Shown here: piece by piece, positions 10,761-19,969 of the stretch | Layout of the letters: every line of letters begins with the position of its first letter | Numbering within the stretch: the first letter of the stretch is position 1 | Assembly (NCBI GenBank): GCA_965208675.1 | Contig: OZ242351.1 | Location: forward strand, 4,512,001 to 4,576,000 | Length of the DNA stretch: 64,000 nt | DNA from: Candidatus Poribacteria bacterium | Lineage (GTDB): Bacteria > Poribacteria > WGA-4E > PCPOR2b | Reading direction: 5' to 3' | Program-made: the position numbers and the translations under genes | Notes under the pieces: generated by a model | Seen by the model: the letters and a program-made list of their open reading frames with translations, nothing else | Database searches by the model: none | What the model was told of the DNA's origin: nothing

Positions 10761-12689
10761 ATGAATAACGCTCATGAGTTCGAGACGAAAAGCGCCAGCG
10801 GCCTTACATTTCGTGTAATATTCATCGGGCTGATACTCGTTATCATCAACTCCTACTGGATTAATCTGTTCATCCCCTTCTACGGCGGCATCCTTCACAG
10901 TTACATGTCGCTCTTCTCGAACACCGTCTTTACCCTGCTAGTTATTCTTCTGCTAAATCCACTCCTGGCACGTATGCACCCTCACTATGCCCTGCATGGA
11001 TCGGAGGCGTTAGCAATTTACATCATGCTAATCATGGTCTCCACTGTAGGCGGGGCACCGCACCTGAGCTATCTGGCTTATATGCTGCCCCATCCGTTTT
11101 GGTTTGCCTCCTCAGAAAATGACTGGTCAAGCCTATTCCTTGGGCACGTTCCCGACTGGATGACGGTAAAAAATCCGCAGGTGTTGCGCGGGTTTTATGA
11201 GGGCGATTCGTCGTTTTGGATGTCACAAGTCTTTAACAGTTGGATAGTCCCGCTGCTGACATGGTCTGTGTTTATGCTGGTTCTATTTTTTGTATTGATG
11301 TGTATGAACACCATACTGAGAAAACAGTTCACGGACTATGAACGACTGACATATCCAATTACGTGGCTGCCGCTGGAAATGGGCAAAAACCCATCTCGCT
11401 TTTTTGCGAACAAGTTGATGTGGATAGGGTTCGGTATCGCTGCAGGCGGCGGGTTGCTCAACGGTCTGAGCCATCTATATCCGGCGCTTCCATCTCTGCC
11501 CATCCGAGCGCTCGACAACCGCATCACACACCTTTTCCTCGAACGCCCATGGAATGCGGTCGGAACAATGCTGATTGCGCTTCACCCGTTTGCTATCGGC
11601 CTCTCCTTCTTTATGCCCTTGGACTTGGCGTTTTCGTCGCTTTTTTTCTTTTTCTTTGGAAAAGCGGTCCTAGTGCTCAGAAGCGCTTTGGGTTTGCAAA
11701 TAGACCTTTATCTCGACGAACAGTCGGAAGGGGCGTGGATCGGGTTAGGCCTTCTCGCATTGTGGGTGGGGCGAAGACACCTGAAACAGGTGTTCTCCGC
11801 AGCCGGGAGAGGGAAAGGGCATCTAGACGACTCGAAGGAACCTATGGCATATAAATGGGCGATATGGGGAATCGTCGGGGGGATGATTTTCCTGATAATA
11901 TTCGCGATTAAAGCGGGTTTTTCACTTTGGGTTTTTCTTCTGTTTATCGGCATCTACTTCTTGATGGCAATCAGCCTGACAAAGGTCAGGGCTGGCCTTG
12001 GCCCGCCGATGCACGAGGTCATTTTCAAAGATCCGGCAACAACGATGGTTTCGGCGCTGGGGACTCGTACAATCGGCGCTAAGAATCTAACGCTTATGTC
12101 GTTCCTATACTGGCTGAACCGAGTTAATACGTCGCACCCGATGCCTAACCAGCTTGAAGCCTTTCGAATAAGCGAACAAGCACAGTTAAACAGTCGAAGA
12201 CTCACCGTTGTCATGCTCGCCGCACTCGCGGTGAGCATCGTTACCACTTGGACGGTCTATTTTTCCCACGCGTATGAGCGCGGTGCCGGTCTGGCTGGTG
12301 GGGGAATTGCTTGGGAATGTTTCAATCGTCTGCAGCGCTGGCTAAATTCGCCGACAGAATATAACTATCCCGCAATAATCGCCATGGGCACCGGCTTCGG
12401 CGTCACCCTTATTCTATCAGCGTTGAAACTGCGTTTTCTATGGTGGCCCTTCCACCCGATTGGGTATGTAATTGGAACAGGCCGGTGGGGGGACCTCTCC
12501 TTCATCTGGTTTCCCATGCTTCTCTGTTGGGCGCTCAAGCTGGGAATTCTACGCTATGGCGGGCTGCAAGCCTATCGCCGGGCGATTCCGTTTTTTGCGG
12601 GTTTAATTCTCGGAGATTATTCCATGGCGTGCTTATGGGGCATCATCGGGTGGGTTTTAAAGCGGCAGATGTATCAGATATGGGTATAG
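10761..12689 (+). CDS. Polytopic inner-membrane protein, probably DUF6785/DUF6784-type putative transporter
   Basis: 642 aa with many hydrophobic helices. Motifs ERLTYPI, WWPFHPIGY, KxxILRYGG and PFFAGLILGD match the recalled family. Confidence 0.65.
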   Translation: MNNAHEFETKSASGLTFRVIFIGLILVIINSYWINLFIPFYGGILHSYMSLFSNTVFTLLVILLLNPLLARMHPHYALHGSEALAIYIMLIMVSTVGGAPHLSYLAYMLPHPFWFASSENDWSSLFLGHVPDWMTVKNPQVLRGFYEGDSSFWMSQVFNSWIVPLLTWSVFMLVLFFVLMCMNTILRKQFTDYERLTYPITWLPLEMGKNPSRFFANKLMWIGFGIAAGGGLLNGLSHLYPALPSLPIRALDNRITHLFLERPWNAVGTMLIALHPFAIGLSFFMPLDLAFSSLFFFFFGKAVLVLRSALGLQIDLYLDEQSEGAWIGLGLLALWVGRRHLKQVFSAAGRGKGHLDDSKEPMAYKWAIWGIVGGMIFLIIFAIKAGFSLWVFLLFIGIYFLMAISLTKVRAGLGPPMHEVIFKDPATTMVSALGTRTIGAKNLTLMSFLYWLNRVNTSHPMPNQLEAFRISEQAQLNSRRLTVVMLAALAVSIVTTWTVYFSHAYERGAGLAGGGIAWECFNRLQRWLNSPTEYNYPAIIAMGTGFGVTLILSALKLRFLWWPFHPIGYVIGTGRWGDLSFIWFPMLLCWALKLGILRYGGLQAYRRAIPFFAGLILGDYSMACLWGIIGWVLKRQMYQIWV

Positions 12690-12834
12690 CGGGCAGTTCT
12701 TTGCAAAAACGGCATGATTTGAGATGGACATCATTCCTAGCGCACGCGGGTCAGGATTCTCCGGCTACAGGGGGAAGATGCGGTGCGGCGAGGAGCGGTT
12801 ACGGTGAGTGGGTAGTGGAATTTCGCGGAAGATT

Positions 12835-12890
12835 ACGGCATACGGAGTGTGCCTACTACTTTGTGCGGGGCAAGATGCCGCGCTTGCAGG
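12835..12890. repeat. Two REP-like short palindromes
   Basis: GGCATAC-GGA-GTGTGCC-TACTAC (12837-12859; GTAG-type foot on the - strand) and GCGGGGCA-AGA-TGCCGCGC (12865-12883). The second recurs at ~27518, 27557 and 42868. Confidence 0.6.
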
Positions 12891-12978
12891 GGTTGGCGGC
12901 GTATGCGGGGCTATCGGGTAAGATTTGTTTTTTTTGGGGCGACATTTCGAATTGACTCGATGTTGTGGACAGGATCTA

Positions 12979-13866
12979 TAGTCATTTCAACTAAGAATTA
13001 TACATTTTGATAATGTAATCAACGGTCGTGTTTTTAGGTGCATATTGCCACCGCTTCTTGATAATCGCAAAATCTTGTTCAATCGGGTTAAGGTCAGGTG
13101 AATAAGCAGGGAGATAAAGCAAGCTATTCCCCGAATCATGGATGATGTCTCTGGTGGCTGCTGTTTTATGAAATGAGGCATTATCCACGATGATAGTGGT
13201 CTGTTTGGGTAGTTCTCTAAACAGATGATACTGTAACCAATAATTGAACACATTCGCATTCGTACTCCCTTCAAACAAGATAGGAGCGATGAGTCTGTTT
13301 TTGTGTCTTGCGGCAATCAGAGTGGTACGGGGTCTGCTGTTCCCACTGACTTCTCCATGAACCTTTTGTACTGCCTGCAAGTGGTAGGCTCAAACCCGCA
13401 TTCATCTACGTGCACAATATGCTGCTTGCCGTTATCTTTAATCAGTTGACGGTATTGGCGCAGATACTTTCCTCGATTGAAATGGTTCCTTTCTTGATAC
13501 TTTGATGTTTTTTTTCCGGCTGAATTTCATTTTCTTGAGGTGATAACAAATTGCACTTGCGGATACCCCAAACAGTTGAGCGCGTTCTGATAGCATTGCA
13601 TCAGGATACACTTGGACATGGCGTTTGAGGAGGTGTTTGTCGACCTTACGGTTGTGATCCGGGTGTGGTTTGGGCGTCAGGTCATCTAGTGCCAACCAGT
13701 TGTATACTGTCTTACGACTGACTTCAAACCGGCGAGCGGCTTCGCTCTTGCTGCCACCGGACTCAACGAAACTAACAACTCGCTTTCTTAAATCTACGCT
13801 ATAACTCACAATAACCCATAAATTAACATACAAATTAACATGTGTAAATATAAATTTAAATGACTA
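12979..13866 (-). mobile_element. IS630/Tc1-family insertion sequence (ISY100-like), 888 bp, probably defective
   Basis: Imperfect terminal inverted repeats: left TAGTCATTTCAACTAAGAATTATACA, right (reverse complement) TAGTCATTTAAATTTATATTTACACA. TA is duplicated at 12977-78 and 13867-68. Contains HTH and DDE transposase fragments. Confidence 0.92.
12991..13833 (-). pseudogene. IS630-family transposase split over three reading segments
   Basis: An HTH ORF (YSVDLRKRV, 13438-13833) is followed, after an A8 run at 13508-13515, by a second frame encoding ...HIVHVDECGF.... A third segment carries DNASFH and YLPAYSPDLNPIE (12991-13380). Confidence 0.85.
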
Positions 13867-13945
13867 TAAGTGCCAGCGGTATTTGTAATCATTATGCGAA
13901 GATGTCTAATCTTTCCCGTTAATTCAAACTCAATATTGGACGGTA

Positions 13946-14881
13946 TTACTCCTCGCCGGAGGCTGCTTCCTTCCCGGATTCTGATTCCACGAGCGTCGAT
14001 TTCAAAGAGAGACTGTAATCAAGCAGCATCCTTGCGTACGGAATATTGTGGAGGCCATAACCGCTGTCGCCTTTAACCATGTCATAGTTCCACTTTGCCG
14101 CTTTGTACGCTTCGCTGTTTGGATCGGCCGCACCGTCCAGCATAGCCTTTACCGCGTCCATTTTGCCGCCAATCTCCTCACGATACCTTTTTAGCCTAGC
14201 TTCCATATCATCGTGGCAATCCCCGCAAATCGAAAAGTCTGCTTTAAAGGTATGCCCGCCGCGCTGCGCAATCTCATCATTTGATTCCTTTTTCGCCATG
14301 TGGCAGTGTACGCATCGCTTCTTCATCACTCTAACGTGCGGTGAAGGTTTTCGCCTGACGCCCTTCCCGTCGCGGCCTAAGAACATCTCTGTTTGAGATT
14401 TGTGGATGATCCCATCTCCGGCGCAGCCGCAATCCATTTTGTGGCAGGATACACAGAGTTTCCGAGTCGATTTTACCAACAAATGCTCGCGGTTACTGCT
14501 ATGCAAATGGCACGACGAACAACTGACAGCGTTCACAGCAGTCTCTAGATTGTAAGGATGGTCTTTCGATCTGCCGATTCTGGAATGTATCTCATAGCCA
14601 GCCGAATGACAGCTAAGGCAAGAGACGCGTACGGGATGGTCGCCGTGATCGAGGTTGATTAACGCCTTCGCGTGTCCAGCCATCTTCCATTCAGCGTAAG
14701 CAGCTTCGCTTCCATGGCATGTGTAGCACTTTTCACGGAAAGGAGAATCTTCATGTGTGTCAACTCCACCGTGCGTTGGCGTTGAATGCCCCGCTTCGCC
14801 CGCTTGCAGACTATTAAATGAGATTAATCCTACGGCTACCATGAGTGCTGTCAGCAAAAAAAACAAGAGCGATTGTTTCAT
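13946..14881 (-). CDS. Secreted hexaheme cytochrome c (c552/c554-like)
   Basis: Signal peptide, six CxxCH motifs (CYTCH, CLSCH, CSSCH, CVSCH, CVHCH, CGDCH) and a helical C-terminus with GDSGYGLHN. Confidence 0.88.
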   Translation of the reverse strand: MKQSLLFFLLTALMVAVGLISFNSLQAGEAGHSTPTHGGVDTHEDSPFREKCYTCHGSEAAYAEWKMAGHAKALINLDHGDHPVRVSCLSCHSAGYEIHSRIGRSKDHPYNLETAVNAVSCSSCHLHSSNREHLLVKSTRKLCVSCHKMDCGCAGDGIIHKSQTEMFLGRDGKGVRRKPSPHVRVMKKRCVHCHMAKKESNDEIAQRGGHTFKADFSICGDCHDDMEARLKRYREEIGGKMDAVKAMLDGAADPNSEAYKAAKWNYDMVKGDSGYGLHNIPYARMLLDYSLSLKSTLVESESGKEAASGEE

Positions 14882-14977
14882 CTGTTAGAGTATTTCTCCC
14901 CTCCTTGCTTCAATGCAATATCGCCGCAGTGGCGGCGCGCGCGGAGAAACTCGGATTCACTCCGCAATTGTGCGGTG

Positions 14978-17170
14978 CTACTTCACAATCACCATCTGCC
15001 GCAACGCGCTGTAATCACCGGCGCGGAATTGATAGAAATAGGCACCGCTTGTGACGCGTTCGCCGTTTTGGTTCCGCCCGTCCCAATACGCTGCGTTCGT
15101 TTTGTCGCGGTAGATTCCGGACTTTTGATGTCCCATGTCCAGTGTTCGCACGATTTGGCCGCTCTGGTCGTAGATGTTTAAGGTCACGAGCGCATCGTTT
15201 GCCAACTGATACGGTATCCAGGTTTCGGGGTTGAACGGATTCGGAAAATTTTGAAGCAACGCTGTCCGTTTAATGTCTCCCAACGTAGTCAAGAAATTTC
15301 CCAACGGTTCCACGCTGACCCCAATGCCGGTATAAGCGTCAAGTTCCCAAAGCAACACGATTCCATCGTAACCCGAGCTAGCCAGGGTGCCTCCGTCAGG
15401 GCTGAATGCAAGGCTATGGACCCACAAGGAATGCCCAGGGAGCGAAGCTAGGAGTTCCCACGAATCGGTGTCCCAGAGACGAACCTTACCGTCGATACCT
15501 CCACTGGCGAGTGTGCGTCCGTCGGGACTGAACGCAAGGCTATTGACGGAATACGCATTCGGGATATTAAGGGTTCGCAGCAGTTCTCCCTTATCAACAT
15601 TCCACAATAAAATTGATTCCCTACCCCCGCTTGCGAGGGTGCTGCCTCCTGGGCTGAACGCAACGCTATAGAAAGGGCCTTTATGCTCATGCAGCTTGCG
15701 CAGTTGTTCTCCTGTATCTACGTCCCACAGAATAAGCGCCTCCCAACCCGCGCTTGCCAGCGTTCCGCCGTCGGGACTGAACGCCACGCTATTCAGATCG
15801 TGCATATCCACGGTGAGTGTATGCCTAGCGTTCCCAGCATCGGCGTCCCACAAACGTACGGTGTTGTCCCAACTTGCGCTTGCGATAATACTGCCGTCCG
15901 GACTGAACGCAATGTCTTTAATCGGAGCCGTATGACCCTCAAGCTTTAGCTGCTCTTCTCCGGTATCGGCGTCCCGCACACGGACCGTGTTGCCCCAACT
16001 CTCGCTGGCAATGGTTTCGCCGCCGGGGCTGTACGCAACGCTGACGCTACCACCAAAATCGCCATCGCCAAACGAGTGTCTGTGTTCTCCCGTTTCGGAG
16101 TCCCAAAGCCGGACAGCGTCCCCACTCGCACTTGCGACTGTGCCGCCGTCCGGGCTGAACGCGACTCTGTGAACTTGGGGGTAGTGTCCGGTGATAGTGC
16201 GTAGCAGTTTACCCGATTCGGCGTCCCACAGTCGGAAAGTCTGGTCATGGCTCAAACCGGCAATCGTGCGTCCGTCGGGACTAAATGTAAAGGTATAGCA
16301 CCAATGCGATTCGTTAAGGCGCCGCAACTCTTCTCCGGTTGCGGAGTTCCACAATCGGACAACTTGCCCTTCCGCGCTAGCAAGGATGCTCCCATCCGGA
16401 CTGAATGCGACTGAATCGACCGAACCCGAAGCGGAAAGTGTACGCAGATGTTGTCCGGTTGATGCGTCCCATAAACGGACAGTTCTGTCATTGCTGCCGC
16501 TAGCGAGGATGTTGCCATCCGGGCTGAACGCAACACTATACACGTACGCCGTATGCCCCTCGAACGTGCTTAAGAGGTCTCCAGTATCGGCGTCCCACAG
16601 GCCGATGGTTCGGTCTGCGCCCGCGCTAGCGATAATGCCGCTATCCGGGCTGAACGCTAAGGCGTTGACCCAACTCCCGTACCCGTTGAGCGTGCGAAGG
16701 TGTCTTCCCGTTTCCGCATCCCAAAGTTCAATATCTCGGTTCCCAGTTTCGCTTGCTATTGTGCGTCCATCGGGGCTGTACGCAAGGCTGTTGGCTGCGC
16801 CCGATCCTTTAATCGTTTGCAGATGTTTTCCCGTTGCGGCGTCCCACAATCGAATGTCATCGTTCCAACTTGCCCCGGCGATTGTGCTGCCATCGGGGCT
16901 AATAGCAATGCTGTCGACGTCCGTATTCCCGACAAACAGATTGGTTTCCTTATGAGTCGCCGTATCGTAGAGCCAAACACCGATTCCACTGGCGAGCGCG
17001 AGTCCGGTACCATCGGGCGTATAAGCAATTTCGTGTATCCGGCCTTGCCCAATGCGCAATTTGGCGCCTTCGGGAAGCCCCCATTGCAGAGAATGCTGGG
17101 CGTCACTTTGAGGTAAACACAGAGCGGCAACGAACAACAAGCTGAATTTGAAAACCAGTACCTTCTTCAT
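14978..17170 (-). CDS. Secreted 14-blade WD40 protein with FlgD-like/T9SS-like C-terminal domain (paralog 1)
   Basis: SD AGGAGG before ATG 17170, signal peptide, QWGLPEGAK cap, 14 (F/Y)SPDG-type repeats, then LLQNFPNPFNPETWIPYQL...YWDGRN. Confidence 0.9.
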   Translation of the reverse strand: MKKVLVFKFSLLFVAALCLPQSDAQHSLQWGLPEGAKLRIGQGRIHEIAYTPDGTGLALASGIGVWLYDTATHKETNLFVGNTDVDSIAISPDGSTIAGASWNDDIRLWDAATGKHLQTIKGSGAANSLAYSPDGRTIASETGNRDIELWDAETGRHLRTLNGYGSWVNALAFSPDSGIIASAGADRTIGLWDADTGDLLSTFEGHTAYVYSVAFSPDGNILASGSNDRTVRLWDASTGQHLRTLSASGSVDSVAFSPDGSILASAEGQVVRLWNSATGEELRRLNESHWCYTFTFSPDGRTIAGLSHDQTFRLWDAESGKLLRTITGHYPQVHRVAFSPDGGTVASASGDAVRLWDSETGEHRHSFGDGDFGGSVSVAYSPGGETIASESWGNTVRVRDADTGEEQLKLEGHTAPIKDIAFSPDGSIIASASWDNTVRLWDADAGNARHTLTVDMHDLNSVAFSPDGGTLASAGWEALILWDVDTGEQLRKLHEHKGPFYSVAFSPGGSTLASGGRESILLWNVDKGELLRTLNIPNAYSVNSLAFSPDGRTLASGGIDGKVRLWDTDSWELLASLPGHSLWVHSLAFSPDGGTLASSGYDGIVLLWELDAYTGIGVSVEPLGNFLTTLGDIKRTALLQNFPNPFNPETWIPYQLANDALVTLNIYDQSGQIVRTLDMGHQKSGIYRDKTNAAYWDGRNQNGERVTSGAYFYQFRAGDYSALRQMVIVK

Positions 17171-17472
17171 TGGAATTTTCCTCCTTGTTGAGTTCGCGGG
17201 GGCATCCCCGTGATTTCTACTTCCGGCGTACATCCCTTGTTTTAAAGCCTGGCTGAAGACGAAGAAAAAGTTACATGAACGGTTGGAGTTCGCGACTATT
17301 CATTTCAGAAGTTGATTCTAAACGAATTGAAGAAGGAAATTTAATCTGCTAGAGGAATGCCCGCAAGTTGCGAGATGTTCAGTTGGAACATCCGACTCCA
17401 CGCACTAGTTCCATTACAACGAAGGCAATCATGCAAACCTGTATCTGGTGCGATAGTACCATTTACACGTAA

Positions 17473-17501
17473 ATTATACACCATTAGGTGATTTACTTCA
17501 A
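17473..17501 (-). promoter_or_regulatory. Putative sigma70 promoter for WD40 paralog 1 and possibly the cytochrome
   Basis: - strand TTGAAG-N17-TATAAT. Confidence 0.55.
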
Positions 17502-17641
17502 CTGTGACGCGAAAAACCTAATGTATCAAGTCACGCGACAGTTTGAAATTCGTCATCTAGAGTGTTGGGTTTCGCACCAAGGTGCGCTGATTGAACAAAT
17601 CCTTTGAAGAATAACCGTGCGTCGTACCGTTCTGTTAGGCG

Positions 17642-19858
17642 TTACTTAACAATCGCCATTCGCTTAAGCGAGGAGTAATCACCCGCACGGAGTTGATAGT
17701 AATACGTGCCGCTTGTGACTCGTTCGCCATTTTGGTTGCGACCGTCCCAATACGCAGCGTTCTCTGTGTCTTGGTAGACACCCAATTTTTGATGTCCAAT
17801 TTCCAACCTGCGTACGATTCGGCCGCTCTGGTCGTAGATGTTCAAAGTCACGAGCGCATCGTCCGCCAACTGGTAAGGTATCCAGGTTTCGGGGTTGAAC
17901 GGATTCGGATAATTTTGCAGCAACGCGGTTCGTTTGATGTTGCCAATCGTTGTCAAGCGATTTCCCCTCGGTTCGACTCCAACTCCGATTGAAGTACCAA
18001 GGTCCCATAACAGTACGGTGCCGTCCCAACTCCCGCTGGCGAGCGTGCGTCCGTCGGGACCGAATTCCACACCATAGACCATATTGGTATGGCCGTCGAG
18101 CGTTCGGAGGTGTTTGCCGGTATCGACATCCCACAGGCGGATGGTACTGTCTCCGCTTCCGCTAACGAGAGTGCTGCCATCGGGGCTAAAATCAACGCTA
18201 TTGACCCAAAAGCCGTGCCCGGTAAGCGTACGGAGATATTCGCCGGTATCGACATTCCACAGGCGAATGGAATCGTCCCAACTTCCACTTGCAATTGTGC
18301 CTCCGTCGGGACTGAACGCAATGCTCTGAATTGACTGAGTGTGTCCCATAAGGACTCGCAGCCGTTCACCGTTATCGATGTCCCACAGTACGATAGTAGT
18401 TTTACCCCCGCTAGCGAGGATTTTACCGTCCGGGCTGTACGCAAGGCTTGAAACCCCAAACCTAGGGGTATGTACGCTCCTCCGCGTTCGTAAGAGTTCA
18501 CCGGTATCGGCATCCCAAATACGGACGGTATTGTCCAAACTCCCGCCGGCAATGTGACGTCCATCGGGGCTGAACGCCACGCCATAAATCGAATCCGTGT
18601 GCCCCATGAGCGTCCGAATGTGTTCGCCAGTAGCCGTATCCCACAGACGGATAGTTAGGTCCCGACTTCCGCTTGCGATGCGGCGTCCATCCGGACTGAA
18701 CACGACGTTCGTGACGTGCTTCTCATGCCCGGTAAGTGTGCGCAAGTGCTCGCCGGTATCGGCGGCCCATAAGCGAACGGTTTCATCTCCCCAACTCCCG
18801 CTGGCAACTGTTCCCCCGTCAGGACTAAACGCGACACTTCTGACGGAGCCCGTATACCCTGTCAGCGTTCCTAAGTGTTTGCCAGTAGCGGCATCCCACA
18901 CGCGGACGGTACCGTCCCAACTCCCGCTTGCCAGTGTGCGTCCATCGGGACTGTACGCAACAGTGCCAACCCAATCCGTGTGTCCGTTTAGCGTTCGCAG
19001 GTGTTCGCCTGTTATTGCGTCCCACAGGCGGATTGAATGGTCCCAGCTTCCGCTCGCAATGGTGCCGCCGTCGGGGCTGAACAAGGCACTATTGACCGAA
19101 TGCGTATGACCGCTTAGTGTTCGCATCCGTTTTCCCGTGTTCGCGTCCCACAGTAGGATGGAATTATCGTCACTACCGCTAACAATCGTATCACCGTCGG
19201 GACTGAACGAAACACTGTGGACCGGATTCGTGTGATCGTCTAGCGTTAGCAGGTGTTTTCCCGTAGACGTGTCCCATAGGCGGATGGTGGTATCTCTACT
19301 CCCGCTTGCGATGGTGCCGCCATCGGGACTGTACGAGACGATAATGACGTTGTCTGTATGCCCGCGGAGCGTATGCAGACTCTTTCCCGTTTCCGAGTCC
19401 CACAAATGGATGGTATTGTCGTAAGTCCCGCCTGCTAAAGTATCGCCGTTGGGACTGAACGAAACGTTAATCACCCAATCCCCATAGCCGTTCAGTGCTC
19501 TTAGGCGCTCTCCCGTTTCCACATCCCACATACTGAGGATGTCCACACCGTCACTCGCACTGGCAATTGTACCCCCGTCGGGACTGAACGAAAAACCGCT
19601 AATTCCTCCTGTATCCCCGGAAAGGAATGCGGCTTCTTTATGGGTTTCTGCATCGTAAAGCCATATTCCGATGCTGCTGGAAACTGCAAGTCGTTTGCCG
19701 TCTGGTGAATACTGTATTTCGCCTATCGAACCTCTACCCAGCCGCGCTATGGCGGTTTCGGGTAGATGCCATTGAAGAGAATCTTGGGCGTAGCTGAATG
19801 GTACACATAGCGCGGCAGCGAAGAAATAGTTAAGCTTGGAAATTATGGATTTTTTCAC
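17642..19858 (-). CDS. Secreted 14-blade WD40 protein with FlgD-like C-terminal domain (paralog 2)
   Basis: SD GAGGAGG before GTG 19858, QWHLPETA cap, 14 repeats and an LLQNYPNPFNPETW domain. Confidence 0.9.
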   Translation of the reverse strand: MKKSIISKLNYFFAAALCVPFSYAQDSLQWHLPETAIARLGRGSIGEIQYSPDGKRLAVSSSIGIWLYDAETHKEAAFLSGDTGGISGFSFSPDGGTIASASDGVDILSMWDVETGERLRALNGYGDWVINVSFSPNGDTLAGGTYDNTIHLWDSETGKSLHTLRGHTDNVIIVSYSPDGGTIASGSRDTTIRLWDTSTGKHLLTLDDHTNPVHSVSFSPDGDTIVSGSDDNSILLWDANTGKRMRTLSGHTHSVNSALFSPDGGTIASGSWDHSIRLWDAITGEHLRTLNGHTDWVGTVAYSPDGRTLASGSWDGTVRVWDAATGKHLGTLTGYTGSVRSVAFSPDGGTVASGSWGDETVRLWAADTGEHLRTLTGHEKHVTNVVFSPDGRRIASGSRDLTIRLWDTATGEHIRTLMGHTDSIYGVAFSPDGRHIAGGSLDNTVRIWDADTGELLRTRRSVHTPRFGVSSLAYSPDGKILASGGKTTIVLWDIDNGERLRVLMGHTQSIQSIAFSPDGGTIASGSWDDSIRLWNVDTGEYLRTLTGHGFWVNSVDFSPDGSTLVSGSGDSTIRLWDVDTGKHLRTLDGHTNMVYGVEFGPDGRTLASGSWDGTVLLWDLGTSIGVGVEPRGNRLTTIGNIKRTALLQNYPNPFNPETWIPYQLADDALVTLNIYDQSGRIVRRLEIGHQKLGVYQDTENAAYWDGRNQNGERVTSGTYYYQLRAGDYSSLKRMAIVK

Positions 19859-19969
19859 TGGAGTCCTCCTCAGATTTTGCGTTGTGCATCCAAAAAACAC
19901 TCGTTGTGTGTAACTTCAGACAACAATTTTTTTATAAATACCCGGATTATCACCTCCAATCGTCGTTTG

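Noticed and set aside
12440-12955. 171-aa ORF overlapping the membrane protein end
   Set aside because: It runs through REP-like repeats (e.g. RHTECAYY) and looks like a translation artefact.
13946-14881. Calling the cytochrome NrfA nitrite reductase
   Set aside because: No CxxCK active-site motif, six hemes rather than five, too short, and no nrfH/nrfB neighbour.
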